A DNA stretch of 64,000 nt from Pyrinomonadaceae bacterium (GTDB taxonomy: Bacteria; Acidobacteriota; Blastocatellia; Pyrinomonadales; Pyrinomonadaceae). Below, one piece after another: positions 9,638-19,280 of the stretch. Position 1 is the stretch's first letter, and every line of letters begins with the position of its first letter. A program made the position numbers and the translations under genes. Below the pieces are notes generated by a model. That model worked only from the letters and a program-made list of their open reading frames with translations. It was not told the origin of the DNA and did not search any database. The DNA lies in the NCBI GenBank assembly GCA_035606795.1, contig DATNEI010000107.1, positions 470 to 64,469 on the forward strand, written 5' to 3'.

Positions 9638-12277
9638 ATGATGAAGATGAAAAGAACCCCTGCTGCCCCCGCCATCACCTGGCTGACTCTGGCCGCGCTG
9701 CTCATTACGACAGCGGCCACTTTTAGATTCAGCCCCGCGGCCCGCGCGCAAGTCTCGGAATCGATCGCGACGGAAAACAGTCGCGCGATTCTTTCTAAAT
9801 ACGCGATTGACCTGACACAGCTTGCCGCACAAGGAAAACTCGAATCCTTGCAGGGCTTCGATGCCGAGATTAATCGCGCCATCGCTGCTCTGGCGCGCTC
9901 ATCCACCAAAGCGCCGGTTGTGATCAGCGAGTCGGATGTGAATCGCCTCGGCTTAGCGCGTGCGATCGCACTGCGCATCGTTTCGGGTGACGCGCCGGAC
10001 GCATTACGCGGAAAGCGCGTGTTGAGCCTGAACCTCGATGCTCTTGCGAAAGACGCGAAGACAAGCCAGGAATTCGAACGGCGCGTCCAGGCCGTATTTG
10101 ATGCGGCCGCAGATGCCCAGGGAGAAATCATTCTTTTTGTCGACCAGCTTCATCAGTATGCGGGCACGCGTGCCACGGCCAGGGCTAGCGCAACGATCAA
10201 ATCAGCTATTGCCGCGAAGGGCATTTCGGTGATCGCAGGCGCCAGTCCCGAGGCTTTCAACTCGTACATCGCCACCGATGAGTCGGTCGCAAACCTGTTT
10301 GAATCAATTTCGCTTGATGGTGCGCTTTCAACCACAGCGACGTCTGAAATTGCCAAGGACAAACGCAAGAGTCCAATTAACGAAGAGTTCGCCGGTGAAA
10401 AGATTGCGCCTGAAATGCGCGAGTTGATTCGCAGCGCCGGACCCAACGGCCGCGTCTCGGCAATTCTTCAAGTGAGTGATGTAAACAGTCGCGAAGTTCG
10501 CGCGTGGCTGGCACGTAATGGCGTTTTAGTAGGTGACAGCATGGCGAACTTGGGAACGATGAAGGTGGATTTGCCCGCTCGCGCGGTCGAAGCCCTGATG
10601 CAGAACAGATCGATGAACTTCATTTCGGCGGATGTAAAGATCGAGTCCTTCGGTCACGTCACCGCCACTAGCGGCGCCGATCAAATTCGCAACGCGCCGG
10701 CGCTACTAGGCGGCTTGTTAAGCGGGACAGCCATTGATGGGACCGGCATCACGATCGCAATCATTGATTCGGGCATGGACCTCAGCCACGTTGCGTTTCA
10801 GCCTGGCGGCCGCGTGAAATTCAAAAAGGATTTCACTCCTGAAAATAAGCCTGATAAGGATTTCTACGGCCATGGCAGTCACGTCGCAGCATTGGCAGCA
10901 GGAAATTATACGAATGGAACAGGCACTAGCTATCAGGGCATTGCCTACAATGCCAGCTTCGTGAACCTGCGGGTGCTCGACTCCAATGGCGTGGGCTCGA
11001 CCTCAACGCTACTCGCAGCACTGAATTGGTTCCTGACGCCGGCCGACCCCAGCAAACCACTCAGTAGCTCAAACCCATTAAACAAGGACAAGTACGCGAT
11101 TCGCGTTGTAAACATGAGCCTGGGCACCCCCGCTGTGAGCTCATACCAGAACGATCCCATTTGCCGCGCCAGTCGCGCTCTCGTTGATGCGGGCCTGGTC
11201 GTAGTCGCCGCCGCCGGCAACAGCGGCAAAGATGCGAACGGAAACAAAATCTATGGTCAGATTCACTCGCCCGGCAACGAGCCATCGGTGATTACTGTCG
11301 GCGCCGCCAACACGTTCGGCACTGATTCACGTGCTGACGATGTCGTAGCGACCTATAGCTCGCGTGGTCCAACTCGCAGCTATTGGACGGACGCCAATGG
11401 CGTCAAGCATTTCGACAACATTCTGAAACCGGAACTGGTCGCTCCTGGCAACAAGCTCATCAATGCCGAAGCTGACGATGGGGGCTCCAATCCCAATAAC
11501 CTGGTGAAGCAGAACCCATCACTCGATGCGGGTATCAGCACTTCGGACAACAAAAGGATGATGTACTTGAGCGGCACTTCAATGGCCACACCGGTGGTCG
11601 CGGGAGCAGCGGCCCTGATGCTGCAAATCAATCCGAAGCTGACACCGAACATGGTGAAGATGGCTTTGATGTACACGTCAGATCCGCTTGCCGGAGCGAA
11701 CATGCTGGAACAGGGCACAGGCGAAGTTAACGTTGAAGGCGCCTGCCGTCTGGCGAAAGCAATACGCACCGACCTGACGTCAAGTACAGCCCAGGACAGT
11801 CCAATGCTGACGACTTCTGCTCCGAATCCGCAAACGACGATCGCGGGATACACGTTCACGTGGGCGCAAGGGATCCTATTCAAGCGCTGGTACGCGAAAG
11901 GCACCCCCCTAATCACGAACTATCAAACCTATTACGCTCAGGGCGTGGTGCTGGGTGATGGCATTGTGCTTGGTGACGGTGTCGTACTTGGTGATGGCGT
12001 CGTGCTCGGGGACGGTGTGGTGCTCGGCGACGGAGTTGTGCTGGGCGACAACATTTACACGAGTGACGGCGTCGTCCTCGGTGACGGCACTCTGTTTTGC
12101 AGCGGTGTCGTGTTGGGCGATGGCATTCTGCTTGGTGACGGGGTCGTACTGGGCGACGGCATTCTGCTCGGAGATGGCGTAGTGCTAGGCGACGGCGTGG
12201 TGCTGGGTGATTCAGCAGTTCAGGCCATGTCGGTCCGCGCAATGATCTTCGGCGACCTGGGCCCTTCAATGCACTAA
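9638..12277 (+). CDS. Secreted S8 subtilisin-like serine protease with degenerate AAA+ module and hexapeptide repeats (paralogue 2)
   Basis: The track ORF starts at 9539; ATGs at 9638, 9641 and 9647 precede the same signal peptide. The triad is IIDSGMD, HGSHVAA, SGTSMATP. Domain order matches paralogue 1. Confidence 0.85.
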   Translation: MMKMKRTPAAPAITWLTLAALLITTAATFRFSPAARAQVSESIATENSRAILSKYAIDLTQLAAQGKLESLQGFDAEINRAIAALARSSTKAPVVISESDVNRLGLARAIALRIVSGDAPDALRGKRVLSLNLDALAKDAKTSQEFERRVQAVFDAAADAQGEIILFVDQLHQYAGTRATARASATIKSAIAAKGISVIAGASPEAFNSYIATDESVANLFESISLDGALSTTATSEIAKDKRKSPINEEFAGEKIAPEMRELIRSAGPNGRVSAILQVSDVNSREVRAWLARNGVLVGDSMANLGTMKVDLPARAVEALMQNRSMNFISADVKIESFGHVTATSGADQIRNAPALLGGLLSGTAIDGTGITIAIIDSGMDLSHVAFQPGGRVKFKKDFTPENKPDKDFYGHGSHVAALAAGNYTNGTGTSYQGIAYNASFVNLRVLDSNGVGSTSTLLAALNWFLTPADPSKPLSSSNPLNKDKYAIRVVNMSLGTPAVSSYQNDPICRASRALVDAGLVVVAAAGNSGKDANGNKIYGQIHSPGNEPSVITVGAANTFGTDSRADDVVATYSSRGPTRSYWTDANGVKHFDNILKPELVAPGNKLINAEADDGGSNPNNLVKQNPSLDAGISTSDNKRMMYLSGTSMATPVVAGAAALMLQINPKLTPNMVKMALMYTSDPLAGANMLEQGTGEVNVEGACRLAKAIRTDLTSSTAQDSPMLTTSAPNPQTTIAGYTFTWAQGILFKRWYAKGTPLITNYQTYYAQGVVLGDGIVLGDGVVLGDGVVLGDGVVLGDGVVLGDNIYTSDGVVLGDGTLFCSGVVLGDGILLGDGVVLGDGILLGDGVVLGDGVVLGDSAVQAMSVRAMIFGDLGPSMH
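11941..12211 (+). repeat. Coding hexapeptide (G[VI][VL]LGD) tandem repeats in two blocks
   Basis: GVVLGDGIVLGDGVVLGD..., then NIYTSDGVVLGDGTLFCS, then GVVLGDGILLGDGVVLGD... Confidence 0.9.
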
Positions 12278-12339
12278 CAAGCTGGCGCGCTCACGGCGCA
12301 CTAACCTTTCGCAAATCTTTACCCGATTAGGAGACACGA

Positions 12340-13227
12340 ATGGCAGTTACCATGATGAAGGCCGAACTCGCTGTGCCGCCGCAATTCTTCGCGTCCGAAT
12401 TTGCTTGCGAGCAATTGTTCCCGGGCGATGAGTCCGAAGTCCTTGAATTCCTGGCGAACCGCGCAATTCATACGGTCTACATGGCGACATTGATTCGCGA
12501 CAACGGCCTCGTCAGCCCCAACAATCGGGGCGCTTTTTACGGTTGTCGCGACCGCGCAAAAAATTTGCTAGGCGTAGCGCTCATCGGACATGCTACTATT
12601 GTCGAGGCGCGCACCGATTCTGCGGTTGCCGCCTTTGCCCAACTGGCTGCCTACAGCCACCATGCATCCCTCATTCGTGGAGAACGCAAGACGGTCGATA
12701 GTTTCTGGGAGCATTTTGCTGCTACCGGTCAAACTTCGCGCCTAATCTGTCGCGAGCTTCTCTTTGAAAAGAAAGACGTCACGCCGCTTCCGGAACATCT
12801 TGCACATCTGCGTCCGGCGACCGCGGATGACATCGAACATGTGCTGGAGGTTAATGCCACGCTCGCTTTGGAAGAAGGGGGCATCAATCCCTTCCAGCGC
12901 GATCCGCTGGGCTTCCGCGCTCGCACCGCCCGCCGCGTTAAGCAAGGTCGAGTGTGGCTCGGCGTCAAAGATGACAAGGTGATCTTCAAGGCCGACATCG
13001 TCGGAGACACACCTGAGGCGATTTACCTGGAGGGAATTCACGTTAGTCCCGAAGAGCGCATGAAGGGTCACGGTAAACGATGTCTCGCGCAACTATCGTC
13101 AACGCTGCTGCGCCGCACTAAGACGATTTGCCTCGCCGTCAATCAACGGAAAGCCGACACCGTCGCGTTCTACGTTAAGGCCGGTTTCGACTTCCATAGC
13201 GAATACGAAACGATCTATCTCGGTTAA
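12340..13227 (+). CDS. GNAT-family N-acetyltransferase (C-terminal GNAT fold; N-terminal domain of unknown function)
   Basis: C-terminal GIHVSPEERMKGHGKRCLAQL...AFYVKAGF resembles an acetyl-CoA binding motif. RBS aggaga lies 5 nt upstream. Only 62 nt separate it from protease paralogue 2. Confidence 0.55.
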   Translation: MAVTMMKAELAVPPQFFASEFACEQLFPGDESEVLEFLANRAIHTVYMATLIRDNGLVSPNNRGAFYGCRDRAKNLLGVALIGHATIVEARTDSAVAAFAQLAAYSHHASLIRGERKTVDSFWEHFAATGQTSRLICRELLFEKKDVTPLPEHLAHLRPATADDIEHVLEVNATLALEEGGINPFQRDPLGFRARTARRVKQGRVWLGVKDDKVIFKADIVGDTPEAIYLEGIHVSPEERMKGHGKRCLAQLSSTLLRRTKTICLAVNQRKADTVAFYVKAGFDFHSEYETIYLG

Positions 13228-13248
13228 CACTTTTTCTGAACTCTAAAG

Positions 13249-15519
13249 TTGGTCCATTCATCCCCCGCAAACAATAGTCTGACTCTGTCCACGGCTTATC
13301 GCTGTGTCGTAGTCGTCTGCGGTGTGGCCGCCACCATCTATGCGGCCACGTCCATGCCGCTGCCGAAGTTGGATTTGCGCTTTCTGCTGTTGGCGATGAT
13401 CACTGTGATCGTCAGCTCACGCTTCGCGGTTAAGATTCCGCGCGCTAACACCAACGTTACTGTCTCCGACACATTCATATTTCTTGCGCTGCTTGTCTAC
13501 GGAGGTTTTGCCGGAATTTTTCTGGCGGCTGCTGAAGGCTTGATCTCGGGGATTCGAATCACCAAAAAACCGCTCAACGTCGCATTTAACGCCGCGATGA
13601 TGGCCTGTTCGACCTTCCTAACGGTGGTGATCACCAGATTTTTCTTCGGCCCGATCGCGGACCTGCGCTTCAAAGGTTGGCAACACTTCGTAGCAGCCGT
13701 CGGCGCGATGGCGCTCGCCCAATATTTCATTAACACCGGCATCAGCGCCACCGGTCTGGCGCTGAAAACACACGAGGGCATCCTTCGCACCTGGCATACA
13801 CACTATCTCTGGACCTCAATCACCTACATTTCGGGAAGCATCGTCGCGGCCATCACCGCGAATTCGTTCGAACGCGCCGGCTTCGCGATTCTGATTGTGG
13901 GTACGCCGGTCATCTCGATCGTTTACTTCACCTATCACAAGTATCTCGACGAAATTAAGGCCAGCGCCGAACAGGCGGAACAGGCCGAGCGCGAACGCGC
14001 TGAAGCGGAGGGTGCTCGCGCCGAAGCTGAACGCGCGCGCGCCGAACAGGCCGAACGTCACGTCGAAGAACTGAATCGCCACATCACCGAACAGGAACGC
14101 ATCAGTGTCCAGCTCCAGGAAAGCAAAGATCACTTTCGCCACGCGGCGTTCCACGACACGCTCACGAATCTGCCCAATCGCGCGCTGCTGGCTGAGAATT
14201 TAAAGTTCGTGATCGAGCGTGTGAAGCAGCACGAGGATTATCAATTCGCGGTGCTCTTCCTCGACCTCGATCGCTTTAAGAACGTGAACGATAGTCTGGG
14301 CCACTCGATCGGCGATCAACTGCTGATCGCGATGGCGCGACGGCTGGAACACTGCATTCGCGACGCCGATATGGTTGCGCGTCTCGGCGGCGACGAGTTC
14401 GCGATATTGCTCGACGGTATTTCCAGCGCTGCCGATCCGACGAACATGGCCAAGCGTATTCAGGAGAAACTCGAGTCGCCCTTCAACTTAAGCGGCCACG
14501 AGGTGTTCACCACGACCAGCATCGGCATCGCCATGAGTTCCGCGGGCTACGATCACCCCGAAGCCATCCTGCGCGACGCCGACACTGCGATGTATCGTGC
14601 CAAAGCGCAGGGCAAAGCTTGTTACGAAGTCTTCGACAAAGGTATGCACGCGCGCGCGGTGTACCTGCTGCAAATGGAAACGGACCTGCGGCGCGCGCTC
14701 GATCGCGAAGAGTTTCGCGTTCACTATCAGCCGATTGTTTCGCTCGAGAATGGACAGCTCGCCGGCTTTGAAGCGCTGATTCGTTGGGAGCATCCGGAGC
14801 GTGGCTCTGTGAATCCCGGCGACTTCATTTCACTGGCCGAGGATACGGGACTGATTGCGCCGATTGGCATGTGGGTTTTGAAACGCGCTTGCCAGCAGCT
14901 GGCGAAGTGGCAGTGGCGATCGCACGCGCACCGCAATCTGTTCATGAGCGTCAATCTTTCCAGCAAGCAGCTGGGACAGACCGCGCTGGTAAGTGAGATT
15001 CGCGAGATCTTGCAGGAGACGCACGTTGAGCCGCGCACTCTGAAACTGGAAATCACGGAAAGCGCCGTCATGGAGAATGCTGAGACGGCCGTACAGCTTC
15101 TCCGTCGTTTGAAAGCGCTGGGCGTGCAGCTGAGCATCGACGATTTCGGCACCGGCTATTCGTCACTCGGCTACCTGCACCGCTTCCCCGTCGACACTCT
15201 TAAGATTGACCGTTCGTTCGTCGGCCGCATCGGCGAAGCTTCCGAGAACATCGAAATCGTTCGCACGATCGTCTCACTGGCTGACAACATGGGCATGGAC
15301 GTGGTCGCCGAAGGCGTGGAAACGCTGGCGCAATTCGGTTCGCTACGCTCGCTGAATTGTCAGTACGGCCAGGGTTATCTGTTCTCTCGGCCGGTTGATG
15401 CGACCACGATAGACGGCTGGATTTCCCGCACTCCCGATTGGCAAGCAGCGCTGTTTCCGCAGAGCGACAGCAAGGTTATCCCGGTCGCTGCACCCGTCGT
15501 GCAGTTGCGATCAGCTTAG
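13249..15519 (+). CDS. Membrane-bound GGDEF/EAL signalling protein (diguanylate cyclase/phosphodiesterase)
   Basis: TTG start in the track. There are about 6 N-terminal TM helices and an Ala/Glu/Arg coiled coil (AEQAEQAERERAEAEGARAEAERARAEQAERH). The GGDEF motif is RLGGDEFAILL; the EAL domain shows FEALIRWEHP and DDFGTGYSSL. Confidence 0.9.
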   Translation: MVHSSPANNSLTLSTAYRCVVVVCGVAATIYAATSMPLPKLDLRFLLLAMITVIVSSRFAVKIPRANTNVTVSDTFIFLALLVYGGFAGIFLAAAEGLISGIRITKKPLNVAFNAAMMACSTFLTVVITRFFFGPIADLRFKGWQHFVAAVGAMALAQYFINTGISATGLALKTHEGILRTWHTHYLWTSITYISGSIVAAITANSFERAGFAILIVGTPVISIVYFTYHKYLDEIKASAEQAEQAERERAEAEGARAEAERARAEQAERHVEELNRHITEQERISVQLQESKDHFRHAAFHDTLTNLPNRALLAENLKFVIERVKQHEDYQFAVLFLDLDRFKNVNDSLGHSIGDQLLIAMARRLEHCIRDADMVARLGGDEFAILLDGISSAADPTNMAKRIQEKLESPFNLSGHEVFTTTSIGIAMSSAGYDHPEAILRDADTAMYRAKAQGKACYEVFDKGMHARAVYLLQMETDLRRALDREEFRVHYQPIVSLENGQLAGFEALIRWEHPERGSVNPGDFISLAEDTGLIAPIGMWVLKRACQQLAKWQWRSHAHRNLFMSVNLSSKQLGQTALVSEIREILQETHVEPRTLKLEITESAVMENAETAVQLLRRLKALGVQLSIDDFGTGYSSLGYLHRFPVDTLKIDRSFVGRIGEASENIEIVRTIVSLADNMGMDVVAEGVETLAQFGSLRSLNCQYGQGYLFSRPVDATTIDGWISRTPDWQAALFPQSDSKVIPVAAPVVQLRSA

Positions 15520-15529
15520 TCACACTGCA

Positions 15530-17182
15530 CTAAAAACACTTCTTCACTTCTTCCGGTCGATTCTCAGGCAAAAGATTTTCGAGATGTGGTTGAGCAGTCG
15601 CTCCGGCATCTGCGCTGGGGCGAACTTCGTAAATTGTCGCCGCGATCTGCTTGAAGTGAAACTGCGACTCGAGTTGTGCGAGTTCGCGAATCTCTCCGGC
15701 TTGCCACGAACACGGTTGCCACCAGCGCGAATCGATGTCGAGAAAAACTCTGTGGCCGGCGCGCAGGTCTTCTTCGATCTTCTGCTGCAGCTTTCCCGCC
15801 GGAAAGCCCGCGCCAATACCAATGTGCTCCCACTGCCCGATGCCGATGCCGCGCCAGTAAGTCACCGCCACAGTGGCAAAGCCCGCGACTACTACGCCAT
15901 CGCTGGGCAGCAGACGCAAGCGCGCACTGTAGTCCTTCGCGAACTCGAGCCGAGCACGATAATCATGAATCCGCGTGCGTAGGAGAACTCCCATCGCTAA
16001 CGCGATGCAAAGTATGAGCGCAATTAAGACTGCGATAGTTCGGCGTGGACTCTTCAGTTTCTCAGACCCGAAATTCAACAGGAAATTCGCGACAAGTGGC
16101 GTGGTCGCAGGCAGTCCGGTAACGAAGTAACGCCAATTGATTACGGTGCTGTAGTAAAGGATCAGCGTCGCATTCGCGAAAAATCCCACGCTCGCCGCGA
16201 GCAGCAACAATGTCCACCCGCGCCGGCGCCATTCGTAGACCAGCGCGGGCAGCAAGGCGACCAGAACGACGGGTGAAACCAGAAAGAAATAGGCGAAGAA
16301 CGGCTTGAGGTTCGCGAGCGCCAGTGGATGCCGGGAAGCTTCGCTGCGCCCCGACTCAAGCCAGACATACCACTGTGTGCGATAGTCAGCGCTTGACGCG
16401 AACCAAACAGCAAACGGTCCCACCGCGAAGAGAACAAAAACGAGCAGCGAGCCTGCGACTATAGCAATCGTCCTTCGATCGAACTTCCATCCGGCAACCA
16501 AAGGCGCGAGCACGAGCCAGGGAAAGTAAAACGCATTCGTCTCGCGCAGATTAACGGCCAATCCCAGCAGCGCTGCACCTATTAAGATTAACCAAACGCG
16601 CTCGCTTCGTAGTCCGCGCAAATGAACGATCAGCGCTGCCGCCAAAAGCCAGACCGACGGCACCTCCGTCATAACCTGGCTGCCGTAAATCACAACCACT
16701 GGACAGACCGCGATGAGAAGCGCGGCGACTGTGGCAGCCAACAACGACGTCGTCAGATCGCGCGCGAGAATCCAACACATGACGATGGCCAGGGGAACTT
16801 GCGCCACGACTGCGTACTTGAACAGCAAGTAAGCGTGCTCGGGACCAACTCCGAAAACTTTGTGCGCGCACGTGTAGAGCACGAAGTTGAAGAGCGTGAA
16901 GAGCGAACGTCCCAGCGCCATCGGCGACGGCTGGCCGTGCAGAGACGCAATCGTGTAATCGAGCGCGTCCCAATCGCCGATGAAAGGATTCAGATAAAGC
17001 AGGGTGAGCGCGAGACCGAGCAGCGCCGGCGGCAGCCAGAATGAATACGAGTACCAGAAAGAATTCCGAGGGGGAACAGTTGTTTCAGCAGAATCTGAGA
17101 CAGACACCACGAAAGATTTAATTACCGAGAGGCCCCGAAGAGATCTGATGCAATACCGGCGGTGGTTCAGCAGAAGACGCAC
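15530..17182 (-). CDS. Polytopic membrane protein, GT-C-like glycosyltransferase fold suspected (ArnT/PMT-like)
   Basis: At least 10 hydrophobic segments, an early periplasmic-loop acidic motif GDWDALDY, and a soluble C-terminal domain. The exact start is uncertain. Confidence 0.35.
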   Translation of the reverse strand: MRLLLNHRRYCIRSLRGLSVIKSFVVSVSDSAETTVPPRNSFWYSYSFWLPPALLGLALTLLYLNPFIGDWDALDYTIASLHGQPSPMALGRSLFTLFNFVLYTCAHKVFGVGPEHAYLLFKYAVVAQVPLAIVMCWILARDLTTSLLAATVAALLIAVCPVVVIYGSQVMTEVPSVWLLAAALIVHLRGLRSERVWLILIGAALLGLAVNLRETNAFYFPWLVLAPLVAGWKFDRRTIAIVAGSLLVFVLFAVGPFAVWFASSADYRTQWYVWLESGRSEASRHPLALANLKPFFAYFFLVSPVVLVALLPALVYEWRRRGWTLLLLAASVGFFANATLILYYSTVINWRYFVTGLPATTPLVANFLLNFGSEKLKSPRRTIAVLIALILCIALAMGVLLRTRIHDYRARLEFAKDYSARLRLLPSDGVVVAGFATVAVTYWRGIGIGQWEHIGIGAGFPAGKLQQKIEEDLRAGHRVFLDIDSRWWQPCSWQAGEIRELAQLESQFHFKQIAATIYEVRPSADAGATAQPHLENLLPENRPEEVKKCF

Positions 17183-17262
17183 CTTTGCGGCGCAGGGACC
17201 TGAGCGGCCTGACGTACTTCACGTATTTGCCGGCGGCCGGACCAAACATCTTACCCATCGTC

Positions 17263-18141
17263 TCAGCATCCATCTCGTCGAACGAGTGCAGGAAGAACGG
17301 CACCCGCGCAGCCGCAACGATCGCAATCAGCTTTCGGACCGAGGATACATTTTTCTTTGCGATTGCCGCTGACATCCCACGACGCCATCCGCGATGAAGC
17401 CAAACAGTTGTCCGTGACGGTGCGGCAGTTTTCCGATCGCATCATATTCAGGGTATGCGTCGTATCCTCAACCAAGTGCGGGTACTTTGCTTTGATCGCG
17501 ATGATACGATCAATGACTCGATCACGCTCTTCGTAATTCAGCCAGAGCTTATCCGCTTCCGGTTGGCCGTGCATGTAAGTATAGAACTCGAAGATGATGC
17601 CCGCGGTGAGGGGTTCGTTCTTCCATTCTTCAACGAATTGTTCCAGGTCGCCTTCGTTCTCGCGCGTTAACACGGTCGCGATGCCAATGCGCAAGCCGCG
17701 TTCAGCCGCGTCGCGAATCATGCGCTTGATGCGCTGATAGGTCTTCGCGCCACGCAAGCGATCGTGTCGCTCTTCAACGCCATCGACTGAAACTTTGAAA
17801 TTGACGTGCGGCCAGTCAGGAATGCGAATCGTTCCGTTGGTCACTACCATGTTGCGGCGAAAATACTTCGAGCCCATCTCAATGATTTCCTGGCGCATCA
17901 ACGGCTCGCCGCCGACCCAACTGCACGAGAAGAAGGAAAAGCCTTCCGCTTTCAATTTGTCAAAGAAGGCGCGCCAACGCTCGACCGCGAGATTCTCGGG
18001 CTGCTCATGCTCGAAGAAGTAACAATGATGACAGCGCAGATTGCACTGGTTGGTCACGTCAACGGAACAGACGGCATCCTGCGGAATACCCATCAGCGCA
18101 AAGCGCGTCAGTTGATAGAGAGGATTTGTTTTTCGAGCCAT
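17263..18141 (-). CDS. Radical SAM protein
   Basis: CxxxCxxC cluster VTNQCNLRCHHCYF, plus a C-terminal Cys cluster (CILGPKADCDRCGC). Confidence 0.8.
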   Translation of the reverse strand: MARKTNPLYQLTRFALMGIPQDAVCSVDVTNQCNLRCHHCYFFEHEQPENLAVERWRAFFDKLKAEGFSFFSCSWVGGEPLMRQEIIEMGSKYFRRNMVVTNGTIRIPDWPHVNFKVSVDGVEERHDRLRGAKTYQRIKRMIRDAAERGLRIGIATVLTRENEGDLEQFVEEWKNEPLTAGIIFEFYTYMHGQPEADKLWLNYEERDRVIDRIIAIKAKYPHLVEDTTHTLNMMRSENCRTVTDNCLASSRMASWDVSGNRKEKCILGPKADCDRCGCAGAVLPALVRRDGC

Positions 18142-18242
18142 TGATTAATGCCGTGATTTGAGGATTTGCCCGCCCGTGCCGCGGCTTTGATGCGAAGCGC
18201 CAGTCTAATACAGACGATCGAGAACGAAAAGCTGCTGTCTAT

Positions 18243-19262
18243 ATGGCCTACTTCGGGGGACCGGCGTTAGAGCAGTACCTCACTGCTTTCCATCTGTTCG
18301 CAGTCGCCGAGTTCGATGCGCTACACTACGCCGTCTTTCTCTTCGCGATGGCCCGGCACGGAAAGCTGCAAACAAACCTCGAATATTGGCTGGCGCGAAT
18401 TGTGCTGGCGCTGTTTGAACTGCTGCCGCTAGCGCTCGCCATTGGACTGGGACAACTGTTTGGACGATTGGGCCGCGGGTTTGGGAAGTTGCGCCGCACC
18501 GGTCAACGCAATCTGGCGCTGGCTTTTCCGGAGGCGGACGCTGAGCGACGACAAAGACTTCTCCGTGGATGTTTTGAAAATCTTGGCCGATCGCTCGGAG
18601 TTTTCAGTCACTTTCGCAGAGAATCGCCCGACCAGTGGCGCAAGTTCATTGAGTGTGAAGGTCTCGACAATCTACAGGCTGCGCGCGCCGGCGGGCGCGG
18701 TGTGATTCTCTTCACTGGTCACATCGGCTCATGGGAGCTGACCAGCTTTTCACTTTCGGTGTTTGATCGGCCCTTAAAGTTTCTGGTGCGCCGGATTGAG
18801 AATCCGAAGGTTGAAGCGCTGGTCGATCGCTTTCGCACCTGGCGCGGCAATCGCACCATCGACAAAATGTATGCGGCTCGCGAGATGCTCCAGACCCTGC
18901 AAAGCGGCGGCACGTTGGGTATTCTCGTGGACTTGAACACGCTCGATCGCGAAGCAGTGTTCGTCGATTTTTTTGGCGTGAAAGCGGCCACCACCTTTCT
19001 TGTGGCCAAGCTGGCATTGCGCACGGGCGCGGCGGTGCTTCCAGTGTTTGCGCCCTGGGACGATGAGCGGAAGAAGTTTCGCGTGCAGGTGGGCGAACCA
19101 TTGATGTTTGAGCGCACCGCCGACGAAAGCGAAAATATCATCCGGCTCACGCAAACGATGACCACGAAAGTGGAAGATTGCGTCCGTCATTATCCCGACC
19201 AGTGGCTATGGATTCATCGCCGCTGGAAGACGCGGCCTCCAGGCGAGCCGGAAATTTACTGA
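18243..19262 (+). CDS. Lipid A biosynthesis late acyltransferase (LpxL/HtrB family)
   Basis: RNLALAFPE...RLLRGCFENLGRSL...VILFTGHIGSWEL are family-typical motifs. The true start is probably the internal ATG at 18348, just before the TM helix. Confidence 0.7.
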   Translation: MAYFGGPALEQYLTAFHLFAVAEFDALHYAVFLFAMARHGKLQTNLEYWLARIVLALFELLPLALAIGLGQLFGRLGRGFGKLRRTGQRNLALAFPEADAERRQRLLRGCFENLGRSLGVFSHFRRESPDQWRKFIECEGLDNLQAARAGGRGVILFTGHIGSWELTSFSLSVFDRPLKFLVRRIENPKVEALVDRFRTWRGNRTIDKMYAAREMLQTLQSGGTLGILVDLNTLDREAVFVDFFGVKAATTFLVAKLALRTGAAVLPVFAPWDDERKKFRVQVGEPLMFERTADESENIIRLTQTMTTKVEDCVRHYPDQWLWIHRRWKTRPPGEPEIY

Positions 19263-19280
19263 ATAATTGCAAAGTGAAAA

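Noticed and set aside
17118-17375. Possible frameshift in the radical SAM gene: an alternative minus-strand frame stays open for 85 codons past the C-terminal CDRCGC cluster
   Set aside because: Long spurious open frames are common in GC-rich DNA. The annotated frame ends shortly after a plausible Cys cluster, and I cannot show homology for the alternative tail. It would need alignment to orthologues or read-level checks.
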